From: a virus
Lineage: Duplodnaviria > Caudoviricetes
Virus record (IMG/VR): IMGVR_UViG_3300032281_000616
Location: 1-64,000 of that record
Reading direction: 5' to 3' (one strand)
DNA: 64,000 nt
Each line of letters opens with the position of its first letter. Positions within the stretch are counted from its first letter, which is position 1. The notes under the pieces are model-generated. The model was not told the origin of the DNA and searched no databases. It saw only the letters and a list, made by a program, of their open reading frames with translations. Made by a program: the position numbers and the translations under genes. Shown here in pieces: positions 50,445-60,019 of the stretch.

Positions 50445-51025
50445 ATTGTGTTATATTCTTTGGTGTCCATCCAAAATACCTTAGTGTCTCTACCCTTCAA
50501 ATAATTGAAAATGGTGTGTGGATATCTAGTATATGACCAATTATCGAACAAGGATATTGATGGGTTCTTACCTCTAATTCCATCAGAGTGTATTAAGAAA
50601 AACGGTTCCATCTGTGTCCAGACCTTTCTCGGAAACTTTTCTCTAAAATTGATCATATTTCTTTTATATATACCCACACAATATTTTCTATGATATTCTG
50701 AAAATGTAAAATATGATACGGTTTCATTCTTAAGTGATTTATATGCAGCTAACGTAATTGAAAAAGTAGTTGTTCCAGTCTGTCTACCCATTGTCATTTT
50801 CTTATAATCTTTATTATACCAATCATAAAACATCTTTTGGTCTTCGCTTATCGGAAAGCCATTAAATTTATGAAAAAATTCATAAAAATCTTCTTCATCC
50901 GTTCTGATGACTTTAACTTCATCTGATTTTGCTTTGATAGATGTTCCAATTAAAGCAATAGATGATAATACTCCTCCTATAAAATTTCTTCTTCTCATTT
51001 TTTTAATTTTCTCTGTATTCTCCAA
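50441..51025 (-). CDS. degenerate terminase-ATPase-like protein with a twin-arginine-like N-terminus
   Basis: RRRNFIGG plus a hydrophobic stretch; GRQTGTTT; GIRG...LFD. Confidence 0.4.
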   Translation of the reverse strand: MENTEKIKKMRRRNFIGGVLSSIALIGTSIKAKSDEVKVIRTDEEDFYEFFHKFNGFPISEDQKMFYDWYNKDYKKMTMGRQTGTTTFSITLAAYKSLKNETVSYFTFSEYHRKYCVGIYKRNMINFREKFPRKVWTQMEPFFLIHSDGIRGKNPSISLFDNWSYTRYPHTIFNYLKGRDTKVFWMDTKEYNTI

Positions 51026-51291
51026 GTTTTCATTTCATTGGATTCTTTTTTAGGTTTTGATAAAAATTGTTTTAAGTCTTCTTGTAAGACAAACTTATTG
51101 TAAAAATTATCCCACTCTTTTTTAAAAGCATTCTTTCTAGGGACTCTCGCTGTTGCACTTATTTCTACCTTTTCTCCCATACATCCTTCAGTATGGGCAG
51201 TTTTATACCCAAAACATTTACAAGATGGACAATACCAGTTTATTTTACCATGTTGTCCATGATAGTCACCAAGATTTCCCAATCTACTCAT
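50995..51291 (-). CDS. hypothetical protein with CxxC
   Basis: WYCPSCKC. Confidence 0.45.
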   Translation of the reverse strand: MSRLGNLGDYHGQHGKINWYCPSCKCFGYKTAHTEGCMGEKVEISATARVPRKNAFKKEWDNFYNKFVLQEDLKQFLSKPKKESNEMKTWRIQRKLKK

Positions 51292-52145
51292 AAACTCGAA
51301 AGATTCGTAGTGAATCCTAAAAACTTTTCAGTCATTTGACCACCCGATGCATACTCACCCCCTCCACCATCACATAAATTTTCTGCCATATAAACAATAT
51401 CAGCAGGTGATCCTAGAGGTTTTCGGAAAGAGATGAACTTCGTGTCGGGATTGACCACGATGATAACATCAGCTTTGTGATTGTCAATCAATTCCTTCGC
51501 TATTTCGTTCACTGAGAGCTTGGAGAACGCTGCCAGCACCTTCCAACCCTTGAATTCACCAGAATATAGGTCTATTGTCGAGACTTCTTTCTCGATTTCT
51601 TTAAAAAATCCTTCAGCTATATTAATCTCCGTATCAGTGAAACCATCAAATCCATCAAAGAATCTATCCACAAACTTATAAAAGCTTCTGTAACCAGATC
51701 TACGATAAATTGCATTTAAATACTTGGATTCTTCGTGTTTTAAAAGATATTCATTGTAATCATCAACATAAACCAGTAGTTTTTTAACATTTACCGAGAA
51801 TTCTCTGATCTTTTTAAACTTTTTGTAGATTAATTTGGAACAAGATGAACATTCTTCTGTAATTAAAGTAGAGTCATAGGCTGTAAGCTTCTCTCCACGG
51901 TCTGAAATGATGACCAAACGAGGATCATCGATCTTATTGAGTAGTTTTTGATCAATAACCATACCCACAACAAAGACTTTATCATAATTTTCTAGATTAG
52001 TCTTGGCCCAAGTAGTATAATTTTCCTCAAATTTACCAAAGAAGCATGATTGATATTCAAATTCTTGAAAAACTTGTCCAAGTAAGATTACTGAACAGGC
52101 ACCATCAAGGTCTGAATTCGACCAAATAAATATACGACTACGCAC
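51288..52145 (-). CDS. DHH/DHHA1-family phosphoesterase-like protein with degenerate motifs
   Basis: SDLDG motif 1 and GGGGEYASGG C-terminal motif; DHH replaced by DRG; GTG start proposed 5 nt after TAAATA. Confidence 0.6.
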   Translation of the reverse strand: MRSRIFIWSNSDLDGACSVILLGQVFQEFEYQSCFFGKFEENYTTWAKTNLENYDKVFVVGMVIDQKLLNKIDDPRLVIISDRGEKLTAYDSTLITEECSSCSKLIYKKFKKIREFSVNVKKLLVYVDDYNEYLLKHEESKYLNAIYRRSGYRSFYKFVDRFFDGFDGFTDTEINIAEGFFKEIEKEVSTIDLYSGEFKGWKVLAAFSKLSVNEIAKELIDNHKADVIIVVNPDTKFISFRKPLGSPADIVYMAENLCDGGGGEYASGGQMTEKFLGFTTNLSSL

Positions 52146-52174
52146 GTCGATATTTACATCGTTATTCATATATG

Positions 52175-52516
52175 TCAATCTAATTTTTTACTTAACCTGT
52201 TTCTCAATCCCATCGCTTCCCTTTTACTTTTTTCTCTCCTAAAGTTAGGATATACTGCATTATAAGCCAAGTCTACTTCCTTTTTTAAGTCTTCGACATT
52301 TATACTGCCACCGTAAACCATAAGTTTTAATCTATGTAATGATTTCCACGCTTCTTGTAAATCAGAAAAAGGAATTTCAATCCCATCCTCTACTTGATTA
52401 AGTCCACTGCCATCTGGAGCAGAAATGATTCCACCATGCCCAACAATTGATACATCATTATTTTCTAATATAGAACCGTATACCGTCTCCAAATTTATTC
52501 TATCGATTTTTTCCAT
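52175..52516 (-). CDS. hypothetical late protein
   Basis: TAAATA + 5 nt; MEKIDRINLETVYGSILE. Confidence 0.5.
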   Translation of the reverse strand: MEKIDRINLETVYGSILENNDVSIVGHGGIISAPDGSGLNQVEDGIEIPFSDLQEAWKSLHRLKLMVYGGSINVEDLKKEVDLAYNAVYPNFRREKSKREAMGLRNRLSKKLD

Positions 52517-52537
52517 GATATTATTTAGTTACAAATA

Positions 52538-52783
52538 TTAGTCCAGTTGTTTAAACGCTCTTACAATCGCATCCGTATCACATTCGTAAATTCCAGAAGA
52601 ATTCACATTATTGAGTTCTACGATTTTCCACCAATCTCCAACCAATCCAAGATCTAGCACAAAAGCGTTGTCAATTGAACCAAACATCTTAACCATTCTC
52701 ACACATTCATGAAAAACGTCCTCATGGGGTTCCACTCTATAATGATGAACCTCCCTATTTACGATTTCATTCATATATGTCAA
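52538..52783 (-). pseudogene. C-terminal fragment of an ATP-grasp (R2K-like) protein
   Basis: AFVLDL...WKIVELN.VNSSGIYECD...IV.A matches only the last part of the ATP-grasp fold. Confidence 0.45.
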
Positions 52784-53144
52784 CTATCACATCGGGAGAA
52801 ATAGTTCCAGCATATTGATAGGTATCACCACTCAAATTATTATCATCTATTTCCAAGAGAGCCGGGTCTAATTTACTGATGTCTATTTTCAATATTACAA
52901 TTAAATCTAACCAATCTTCATCAACTATATCTGATGTTTCAGCATAAGATTCTGCCACATTTGGATCATCCGACAAATACACGACATCTGGAGAAGAGTC
53001 ATCCCAAAATTTATTGATCCCACCTCGCAAGCCAGATTGTTTGATCTTACTTAATAACGGTTTATAAGTAGCGTGATATAAATAATCCGGTAAGTTTATA
53101 TACATATTTTCATATATAAGTTTAATATCTTTTAAATATTTCAT
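52767..53144 (-). CDS. ADP-ribosyltransferase-fold protein (Tpt1/KptA-like)
   Basis: YLYHAT...IKQSGL...VVYLSDD...A..YA...VILKID; late promoter. Confidence 0.6.
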   Translation of the reverse strand: MKYLKDIKLIYENMYINLPDYLYHATYKPLLSKIKQSGLRGGINKFWDDSSPDVVYLSDDPNVAESYAETSDIVDEDWLDLIVILKIDISKLDPALLEIDDNNLSGDTYQYAGTISPDVIVDIYE

Positions 53145-53152
53145 ATTAGTAT

Positions 53153-53650
53153 TTAATTCTTGGAAAGTCTCTCCAACACGCTCAGTTCTTCATCATCCAT
53201 CAATTCCTCCGATTCCTCGCTCTGAGATATACTCAAAGTTTCATAATCTATACACATAGGTTGAACCATTCCTCTGGGACCATATCGATTCTTGATCATC
53301 CCCAGCTTAACTAACCCCAACTCCATATCTTCTTCTGTTTGGAATATGGATAATATAACATCTGATACGTGCGCGATCCCCATGGAGTTTTTGGTTAATA
53401 TTCCATTACAATAAAATAATTGATCTCCAGTAACACTAATATCGACTGTTTCCATATCACCCAACGCCACAATGTCTAAAATTTCATCATTATATTCTAA
53501 TAATAAATCACTTTTATTATTTTTGTCTTCTTGTTCACTTAATACTAGATTAACCACCTCAACACATTGCTCGGTGTCAATATCTGGATTGATTAATCCA
53601 ATATTTTTCATCAATTCCACCCTCTCTCTCACAAATTTATCGTTATTCAT
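53153..53650 (-). CDS. gp41: split-intein IntC fused to the C-terminal part of the replicative helicase
   Basis: EILDIVALGDMETVDISVTGDQLFYCNGILTKN/SMG, then MIKNRYGPRG; IntC ends at 53387. Confidence 0.88.
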   Translation of the reverse strand: MNNDKFVRERVELMKNIGLINPDIDTEQCVEVVNLVLSEQEDKNNKSDLLLEYNDEILDIVALGDMETVDISVTGDQLFYCNGILTKNSMGIAHVSDVILSIFQTEEDMELGLVKLGMIKNRYGPRGMVQPMCIDYETLSISQSEESEELMDDEELSVLERLSKN

Positions 53651-54737
53651 TTCTTATCCTATTGAAGAGTTCTTTATGTGTCGGTAATTCATCAGCCCAC
53701 ACATATATTATCTTAAATCCTATATTTTCAGCTACCTTCTGTTTATACTGGTCAAATTCTAAAGATTTTTCATACGTTGTGAAATTGTTTTTCCACTCAT
53801 CTTTCCTCCTAGCGTGCCAAAAGGAGTCATTATATTCTATAATAATTCTTTTTGATTTTATTACGAAATCGTATGCGAAATTTTTACCACTTACAGAATC
53901 TTTCGTCACGAATTCCTTTTTCTTAGCTATACCCCAAACAATATCATCTTTAGATATTCCACTTTTTCTCAATAATTTATACAGTGGTATGAAATATTTC
54001 AAAGACGCTTTTGATACGTGACTACTAATAAACAGCGTCCCATTATTTTTCATTCTACTTTCTAATCTTTTTAAATTTGCTTGGCGATATTTTTCAACCC
54101 CCAACACTTCACCATATCTCTCCACGAATCCCTCAAGTGAATTCAAATATGGTCGAGTGATCGTTTTCATGATCTCTTCAACATCTTCTTTAGAATACCC
54201 CAAATCTTCCCAGTGTTTTCTACTGTTCGGTGCTTTTCTATTAACGTAACGTGTTCTAAATTTTTTTGGATTATTTAAAAACAAATTTTTATTCGCTTCT
54301 ATAGCCTTAACCACATTTTTGTTTTTATAGTCATAAACCTTTTGTATTGATTCCGCTTCACTAAATCCTTTGTTTATCCAATATTGTGTAACGTGGGGAG
54401 TTATCTTATCGACGCACAAAAGCTTAAGGTTATTGCTGTGTTTTTCACCAGATCCCTCACCATACCTGATATCCATTCGTCTTTTTGTTGATTTGGAATC
54501 ATAGTATTCATAAACCAATTCTTTAAGATTTTTGGGGTTGTTGTTGATTTTATTAATCTCTTCAATAGTTTTGTGTCTTTTATAAAAAACCTCTCTACCC
54601 ATTGGGTATAAATTATAATCATTTAAATAAATTCTATAGAATTCTTTAAGATTTGTTCCTGTGTGTATCCATCTATCAAAATATTCATCAAATTCACTCG
54701 GATCTTTGCATTGTCTTCTTTTCGGCTTATCGCTCAT
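53643..54737 (-). mobile_element. free-standing Vsr-like homing endonuclease between the helicase fragments
   Basis: YDFVI...IIIEYNDSFWH...D..K...A...GFKIIYVW; YW..KGFSE and ERYGE..G repeats; own TAAATA. Confidence 0.8.
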
Positions 54738-54768
54738 AACTATATTTAGTATCGGCGTTACGTTTATC

Positions 54769-56121
54769 TCAAATGCTATTCAATTTATCGCCAACATTTA
54801 ATCCTTCTCGAATCGAAAGTCTACCACGGTTACTTGGGAATTTGTGATCCTCGCTCACTATTATTTCCTTCCCAGACTTCAATCTGATTTTAAAGCATGG
54901 TTTTATTTTTTTATGATGTATCTGAGTTACTGTTTTGTATTCATCGTTTGATTTGATTTGATCTCCGAATTTCAAATCTCCTATTTTTTTATATTCTCCA
55001 CTTCTTAATGTGACCAACTGATTGACTTCTATACATTCTCCAATACCTTCCAAACCCGGATTTTCCTTACCGTATCCGGGTTTTGATAACTGACACGCTG
55101 AAAAAAACGGGCATTTGAAAATATAAGATAACGCTCTGATCTTTTCACAAATATGCTTCACTCTTTCATATGAATTAGAACCAGTTTCGGTCGTTAGCAA
55201 ACTTATATAATCAATAACCACGGCATCTATATTTTCTCCAGAGTCTTTAATTTTTTTTATAAATGCTTCTATTTGCTTCGGTGTTATACTAGATGGTGGA
55301 AATTCTTTGATCATTATTTTTCCATCTGGGTTATTCTTCTTTTCATCCATTAAAGCGTTTCGCAATGGGTGAGTGTTAAATTTAAAATCCTTCATCGGGA
55401 TTTTAGTGATATTGGCTGATATACGTTTGGCATACACCATTTCGGACATCTCCAGAGAAATTACAAGCACACTCTTGCCTTGTTTAGCGATGTTCGCGGC
55501 TACATTGCCCAGAAAAATACTCTTACCTATATTTGCCTGCCCAGCGAACATATAGAGTGCCTTACCAGACTCTAAATACCCACCTCCGGTAGCCTCGTCT
55601 AACCATTCCCACCCCGAAGAAATATAATTTTCGACGTTGAGGATATCATCAATGATTAAATCGACATCTTTGTAAATCTCAATACCTCTATCAATATTCA
55701 GATTAATCTTACAAATATCGTCAAACGCTTCAAGAACTTTCTGAGGATTTTTTACTTTATCCTCCGCATTCTCAGCGATGTCCAGCATTTGGACCCAAGT
55801 GGCTCTTTCCTTTAAAAACCTTTCTGTATTATCATACAATTCAGCATTGTCAAATTCTTTATCTAACTTTTTAAAAGATTCTAAAAGCTTTCTAAAGTTG
55901 TTTTTGAGAATATCATTGGTTAGATATGTCTTAACCTCTGTGAAGGTTGGAAGCTTTTTTCTCTTTTCGTAAAAGTCATTTACGATTTTGAAGTATTCGG
56001 CTATGTTTTGGTTTTCAAAGTATTCTGGTTTTACATAATCTGCAATAGTGTTTAAGTATACAGGGTCAGTGATCGCTTTATATGCTATCACAGTTTCAAA
56101 AAAATCCAAGTCAAGGGTCAT
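54769..56121 (-). CDS. gp41: replicative helicase N-terminal part plus split-intein IntN
   Basis: AGQANIGKS Walker A, VVIDYISL Walker B, CQL..; GE/CIEV junction. Confidence 0.92.
   Translation of the reverse strand: MTLDLDFFETVIAYKAITDPVYLNTIADYVKPEYFENQNIAEYFKIVNDFYEKRKKLPTFTEVKTYLTNDILKNNFRKLLESFKKLDKEFDNAELYDNTERFLKERATWVQMLDIAENAEDKVKNPQKVLEAFDDICKINLNIDRGIEIYKDVDLIIDDILNVENYISSGWEWLDEATGGGYLESGKALYMFAGQANIGKSIFLGNVAANIAKQGKSVLVISLEMSEMVYAKRISANITKIPMKDFKFNTHPLRNALMDEKKNNPDGKIMIKEFPPSSITPKQIEAFIKKIKDSGENIDAVVIDYISLLTTETGSNSYERVKHICEKIRALSYIFKCPFFSACQLSKPGYGKENPGLEGIGECIEVNQLVTLRSGEYKKIGDLKFGDQIKSNDEYKTVTQIHHKKIKPCFKIRLKSGKEIIVSEDHKFPSNRGRLSIREGLNVGDKLNSI
54772..55035 (-). mobile_element. 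88-aa IntN of a gp41-1-like split intein
   Basis: CIEVNQLV...KIGDLKFGD...IIVSEDHKFP...GLNVGDKL then stop. Confidence 0.88.
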
Positions 56122-56620
56122 CTTTATGTTTTTTACCGTATTCGTTTGCTGTATATAAACATTCCCACATAAATTTTGTAAAGAAATCCATTTTCTTGAC
56201 TATCGTTTTTGGGTCAGATCTATCTAGTTTATCTAAACCTAGATGTTGAGCGATATTTGATTGATTTGTTATCGTCTCGAATAATGTCAACCATAAGAAA
56301 CTGTTATAAATCGACAATCTTTCCATTGATTCTTTAGTTTGATTACCATCCTCATCAAATTTACACAGAGATAAAATTGTATTAAATTGGTATATGCTAG
56401 GTATAGTCGATGGATGCAACATATTAGGAAGATCCGCATATATGTATGCCATCACACCCGCTTGTGATAATAGAGACAATGCTTTCTCTACAGCATCGTG
56501 TTTATTTTTTTCCTCATCATTACAGATTTTTTTCCTATTTTCTCTTATCTGATCCACATTAACTTGCATATCTTTAATCTTACCCAAAGAACAAGCATCT
56601 TTTATTTCTTCATCTGTCAT
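56111..56620 (-). CDS. hypothetical protein
   Basis: 169 aa, coupled. Confidence 0.5.
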   Translation of the reverse strand: MTDEEIKDACSLGKIKDMQVNVDQIRENRKKICNDEEKNKHDAVEKALSLLSQAGVMAYIYADLPNMLHPSTIPSIYQFNTILSLCKFDEDGNQTKESMERLSIYNSFLWLTLFETITNQSNIAQHLGLDKLDRSDPKTIVKKMDFFTKFMWECLYTANEYGKKHKDDP

Positions 56621-56838
56621 ATTATTCCGTATTTCTCTTTTCTAACCTCTATTATTTTATCCTGTAAATCCTTTGGTAAATCCAAATATCTATAATTCAA
56701 TTTCTTTTCTAACTCAAAAATCTCTTCTGTTGATACTCCGCGATAATTTCTATAATTATCATCTGATCTCAAGGCTAAGATTATTAATTTTTGGTGGAAT
56801 GAAACCAATTCCGCAATTAATTCAGTTTGATCCAGCAT
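56617..56838 (-). CDS. hypothetical protein
   Basis: 73 aa, overlapping both neighbours. Confidence 0.4.
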   Translation of the reverse strand: MLDQTELIAELVSFHQKLIILALRSDDNYRNYRGVSTEEIFELEKKLNYRYLDLPKDLQDKIIEVRKEKYGII

Positions 56839-57526
56839 ATTTGTTTAAGAACCATCGTTCACCGTTCAAAAAATCCTCTGTAAATTCTCTCAATCCCGGA
56901 GATTCATGAGTAATTAAAATATCACCAACTCCAACTTTCAATCCAGCTAAGTGTGCATTGAGGCTAAAGTCTAAATCATAGAAGTGAAATTTACAAGGAT
57001 TATTTTCGTCAAATCTTAACGTCTCCATAGCTTCTCTATTTAAAGCCATAAAAACACCATCAATCATTACTGCTCGGTGTGGATATGGTCCAAAGTTTGA
57101 AGGGTATTTTTGTAAATGTCCTATCTCTCCCCTATAAGCATGTTGAACACATCCATGTAGATTCCCTCCTTGAAATCCTCCACCCATCAAATGCCACAAT
57201 GCGGGTAACTTCAATTCTATTTTAGATGCTCCAGCAACCCCAACTACATCATATTCATCAAATAATTTCTCTAATTTGGGGATTGGGTCTTCTTCTAGAA
57301 TCACATCGTCATGAACTAAAATCAAACAATCTATATCGTCAGAAATAGCATCTTCAATGGCTTCATTATATCTTTTAGATAGCTTTTCTTTATTGTTTAA
57401 TAGATACCAATGTGCAGCATGACCAACAAAATCTACACACAATTTCCTAGTCGATTGGTGGATGGTTGTTTTTTCTGAATTATCCTTAGATGTGGCGGAT
57501 ATATACCGAACTCTTTTAATCTCCAT
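56822..57526 (-). CDS. GT2-like glycosyltransferase
   Basis: LSKRYN, ILVHDDV (DxD-like), VVGVAG, IDGVFMA, FHFYDLDFS, ITHESPG. Confidence 0.75.
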   Translation of the reverse strand: MEIKRVRYISATSKDNSEKTTIHQSTRKLCVDFVGHAAHWYLLNNKEKLSKRYNEAIEDAISDDIDCLILVHDDVILEEDPIPKLEKLFDEYDVVGVAGASKIELKLPALWHLMGGGFQGGNLHGCVQHAYRGEIGHLQKYPSNFGPYPHRAVMIDGVFMALNREAMETLRFDENNPCKFHFYDLDFSLNAHLAGLKVGVGDILITHESPGLREFTEDFLNGERWFLNKYAGSN

Positions 57527-57532
57527 GGACCA

Positions 57533-57561
57533 ATCCTAGCACGGGTGACTTCCTGAGTCAA
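57533..57561 (-). promoter_or_regulatory. sigma70-type early promoter
   Basis: TTGACT-N17-TAGGAT with TGn extension, 6 nt before the ATG at 57526. Confidence 0.6.
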
Positions 57562-57578
57562 GACCCTAAATACCTTCA

Positions 57579-58304
57579 ATGACAGCAGAAACAGTTCTCT
57601 TTGGATATTTTGGGTCCAAGACTAGAATAGCATATAAATACCCAAAACCAATTTACGACACAATCATTGAACCTTTCGCGGGAGCGGCTGGATATTCATG
57701 TTTATATCCAGAAAAAAATGTTATTTTATATGAAAAGGATGAAATTATTGCTGGTGTTTTAGATTTTCTTATAAAATCAGAACCAGAAGATATCATGAAT
57801 TTGCCCCTGATTGCTCCGGGTGAAAGTGTGGATGATTATAATATTTGTCAGGAGGCGAAGTGGGCTATTGGTTACTGGTTAGCATCTGCAAAACAAAATC
57901 CCAATAAAAGATTATCTAAATGGGCTACAGAAAAAAGAATTTGGCCTGATTTGACTCTTAATTTTTGGGGAACTGGCTGTAGGGAAAGACTAGCGAAAAC
58001 AGTTTCTAAGATTGGGCATTGGAAAGTTTATCATGAATCTTGGGAGAATTCTGAAAGACATACTGAACCTGCAACTTGGTTCATTGATCCACCCTATATC
58101 AAAGAAGGAAAATGGTATAGGAAATCGAATAAACACATAGATTACGAAAAATTGGGTGAATGGTGTAAAACCAGACCGGGACAAACGATTGTTTGTGAGA
58201 GTAATGGAGCATCTTGGCTAGATTTTTCTGATCTATGCGAATTGAAAGGTGTTGGTAAAGGTAGAAAGCGTTCTACTGAAGTTATTTGGACACGAAACGA
58301 CTAA
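57579..58304 (+). CDS. DNA adenine methyltransferase (Dam-like)
   Basis: YFGSK, EPFAGAAG (motif I), FIDPPY (motif IV). Confidence 0.85.
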   Translation: MTAETVLFGYFGSKTRIAYKYPKPIYDTIIEPFAGAAGYSCLYPEKNVILYEKDEIIAGVLDFLIKSEPEDIMNLPLIAPGESVDDYNICQEAKWAIGYWLASAKQNPNKRLSKWATEKRIWPDLTLNFWGTGCRERLAKTVSKIGHWKVYHESWENSERHTEPATWFIDPPYIKEGKWYRKSNKHIDYEKLGEWCKTRPGQTIVCESNGASWLDFSDLCELKGVGKGRKRSTEVIWTRND

Positions 58305-58312
58305 ATAGTATC

Positions 58313-60019
58313 ATGAATTTTGATTATTTCGTAGAACGTGCGGATATTTTTACCGAGATGGCTCGCGCAACATCTATTTTTGGAAATTTTCCAGAAGTTA
58401 GAGATGCATATGTTTCATTATACGCAAATATTAAAAATAGTGGAGACGTTAATCCATCACAAACCAGTCAAATAAGAAACCGATTGTATAATTTCACCGA
58501 AACATTTTTAAATAGACAAGATGAAAGTGTTATGAATTATTATAAATCTATAGCCACGAATAGCAATGCTCGTTTTGCGAATTGGGCAAAGATCATGGAT
58601 ACACTTTTAAACGAAGGTAAAATTGATTCTAAAGAATTAATATCTTTCTGGAACTCTATTTTTGAGGATAAAGCGGAGGAATCAACCACAGAAGATGGAA
58701 GTGATTTAGATTCGAAGATGCTTGATTATATATCATCAGATGATAGTGACGAGGTAGAAAGATTAAACTCCAATCTTCGTATAGGTGTCAATCGTAGGAT
58801 GAAAGAATTGACTAGTTCTGGTACATACCCGATGTCATATCTTCAATATACTAAATTGACATCTTATCTTGAACCTAGACTTCGTAAAGCATTATATGAA
58901 TCTAGAAAACTTAAAAAAACAAACAATCCAGAATCTCAAACAGAAGCATCCAAATCCGATCTGGAAAATCCTTATGGTGATGTTCAGGGATGGATCGAGG
59001 ATGCCGCAGAAACATTAAAAGAAGGAATTTTATCATATAAGGAATTATATGATTCTGGTGAAATTGAAATGGATGAAATTGTCGATAATTCTGGTCGTCC
59101 AGATAAATTAGCTCAGATTTTGGTGATGTGGAAACGAGAGAATTTTGAAAAGTCACTAAACGATATCGTCACATCATTCGCCAGTCTTCAAAATAAACCA
59201 TCTCCAGAAAAATTCATGGAGAAAATGGTTAGTTTATCTGATAAAATGGCTGATTCTGGGAATAAATCCGCATCCGCTTTATTCATGGCTCTTGGAAGAG
59301 AGTTTAAAGAATTATATGAAACCGAAGCACCTGAAGATTATACTGAAACCGATGAACAGCCTTATGCTGGCTTTGATCTAAGAGTTTTAAGAAAAATATT
59401 TCAAGGGGATGGGGGGGAACTATTTAAAGCTTGGTACGAATTTCGTAAGGCTTTACAAGAATTTAATTTAGAAAGATTAGACTTTAGAAAATCTAATAAT
59501 TTAATGGATGCTAAGGAGAAATTGAGAGCATTTGCTTCTGGTGAAAATATTTCTAAATCTCCCGATTCCGGTTTAACAAAGGCTATTATTAGACAAAAGG
59601 CAGTTATCGCTAATATGCAAGATGCTGGTCAAGACACAACAAAGGAAGAACTTCGTCTACAAAAAATGGAAGCTAGTTTGGGTAAAGAGCAATCTCCCGA
59701 ACCAAAGCAACAAAAGAATCCTTATCAAAAAACAATTGATGATTTACAAATCAAGATTCAAAATGCTGAAGAGCAATTGAAATATGCTGAACCTGAATAT
59801 GCAACACAATTAAAACAAAGTATTGCTCGTATGAACGCCGCCTTAGAATCAGCTTATCAACAGGCATCAGATTGGCAACCTGTTCAAGAATCAGTATTAA
59901 GTTATATGACCGAGCAAGTAAATAGGGATAATAAATTCTCTAAACAAAAGGGTCAATTTGTAGATAGAGGATTTAAGAAAGTCAAAAATTACAACCATTG
60001 GATGATCGTAAATGAGTGA
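58313..60019 (+). CDS. large helical late protein
   Basis: TAAATA + 5 nt before MNFDYFVERADIFTEMAR; coiled-coil C-terminus. Confidence 0.55.
   Translation: MNFDYFVERADIFTEMARATSIFGNFPEVRDAYVSLYANIKNSGDVNPSQTSQIRNRLYNFTETFLNRQDESVMNYYKSIATNSNARFANWAKIMDTLLNEGKIDSKELISFWNSIFEDKAEESTTEDGSDLDSKMLDYISSDDSDEVERLNSNLRIGVNRRMKELTSSGTYPMSYLQYTKLTSYLEPRLRKALYESRKLKKTNNPESQTEASKSDLENPYGDVQGWIEDAAETLKEGILSYKELYDSGEIEMDEIVDNSGRPDKLAQILVMWKRENFEKSLNDIVTSFASLQNKPSPEKFMEKMVSLSDKMADSGNKSASALFMALGREFKELYETEAPEDYTETDEQPYAGFDLRVLRKIFQGDGGELFKAWYEFRKALQEFNLERLDFRKSNNLMDAKEKLRAFASGENISKSPDSGLTKAIIRQKAVIANMQDAGQDTTKEELRLQKMEASLGKEQSPEPKQQKNPYQKTIDDLQIKIQNAEEQLKYAEPEYATQLKQSIARMNAALESAYQQASDWQPVQESVLSYMTEQVNRDNKFSKQKGQFVDRGFKKVKNYNHWMIVNE

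Noticed and set aside
51288-52145. DHH protein as an active phosphoesterase or anti-defence nuclease
   Set aside because: DHH and GGGH motifs are substituted, so activity cannot be supported
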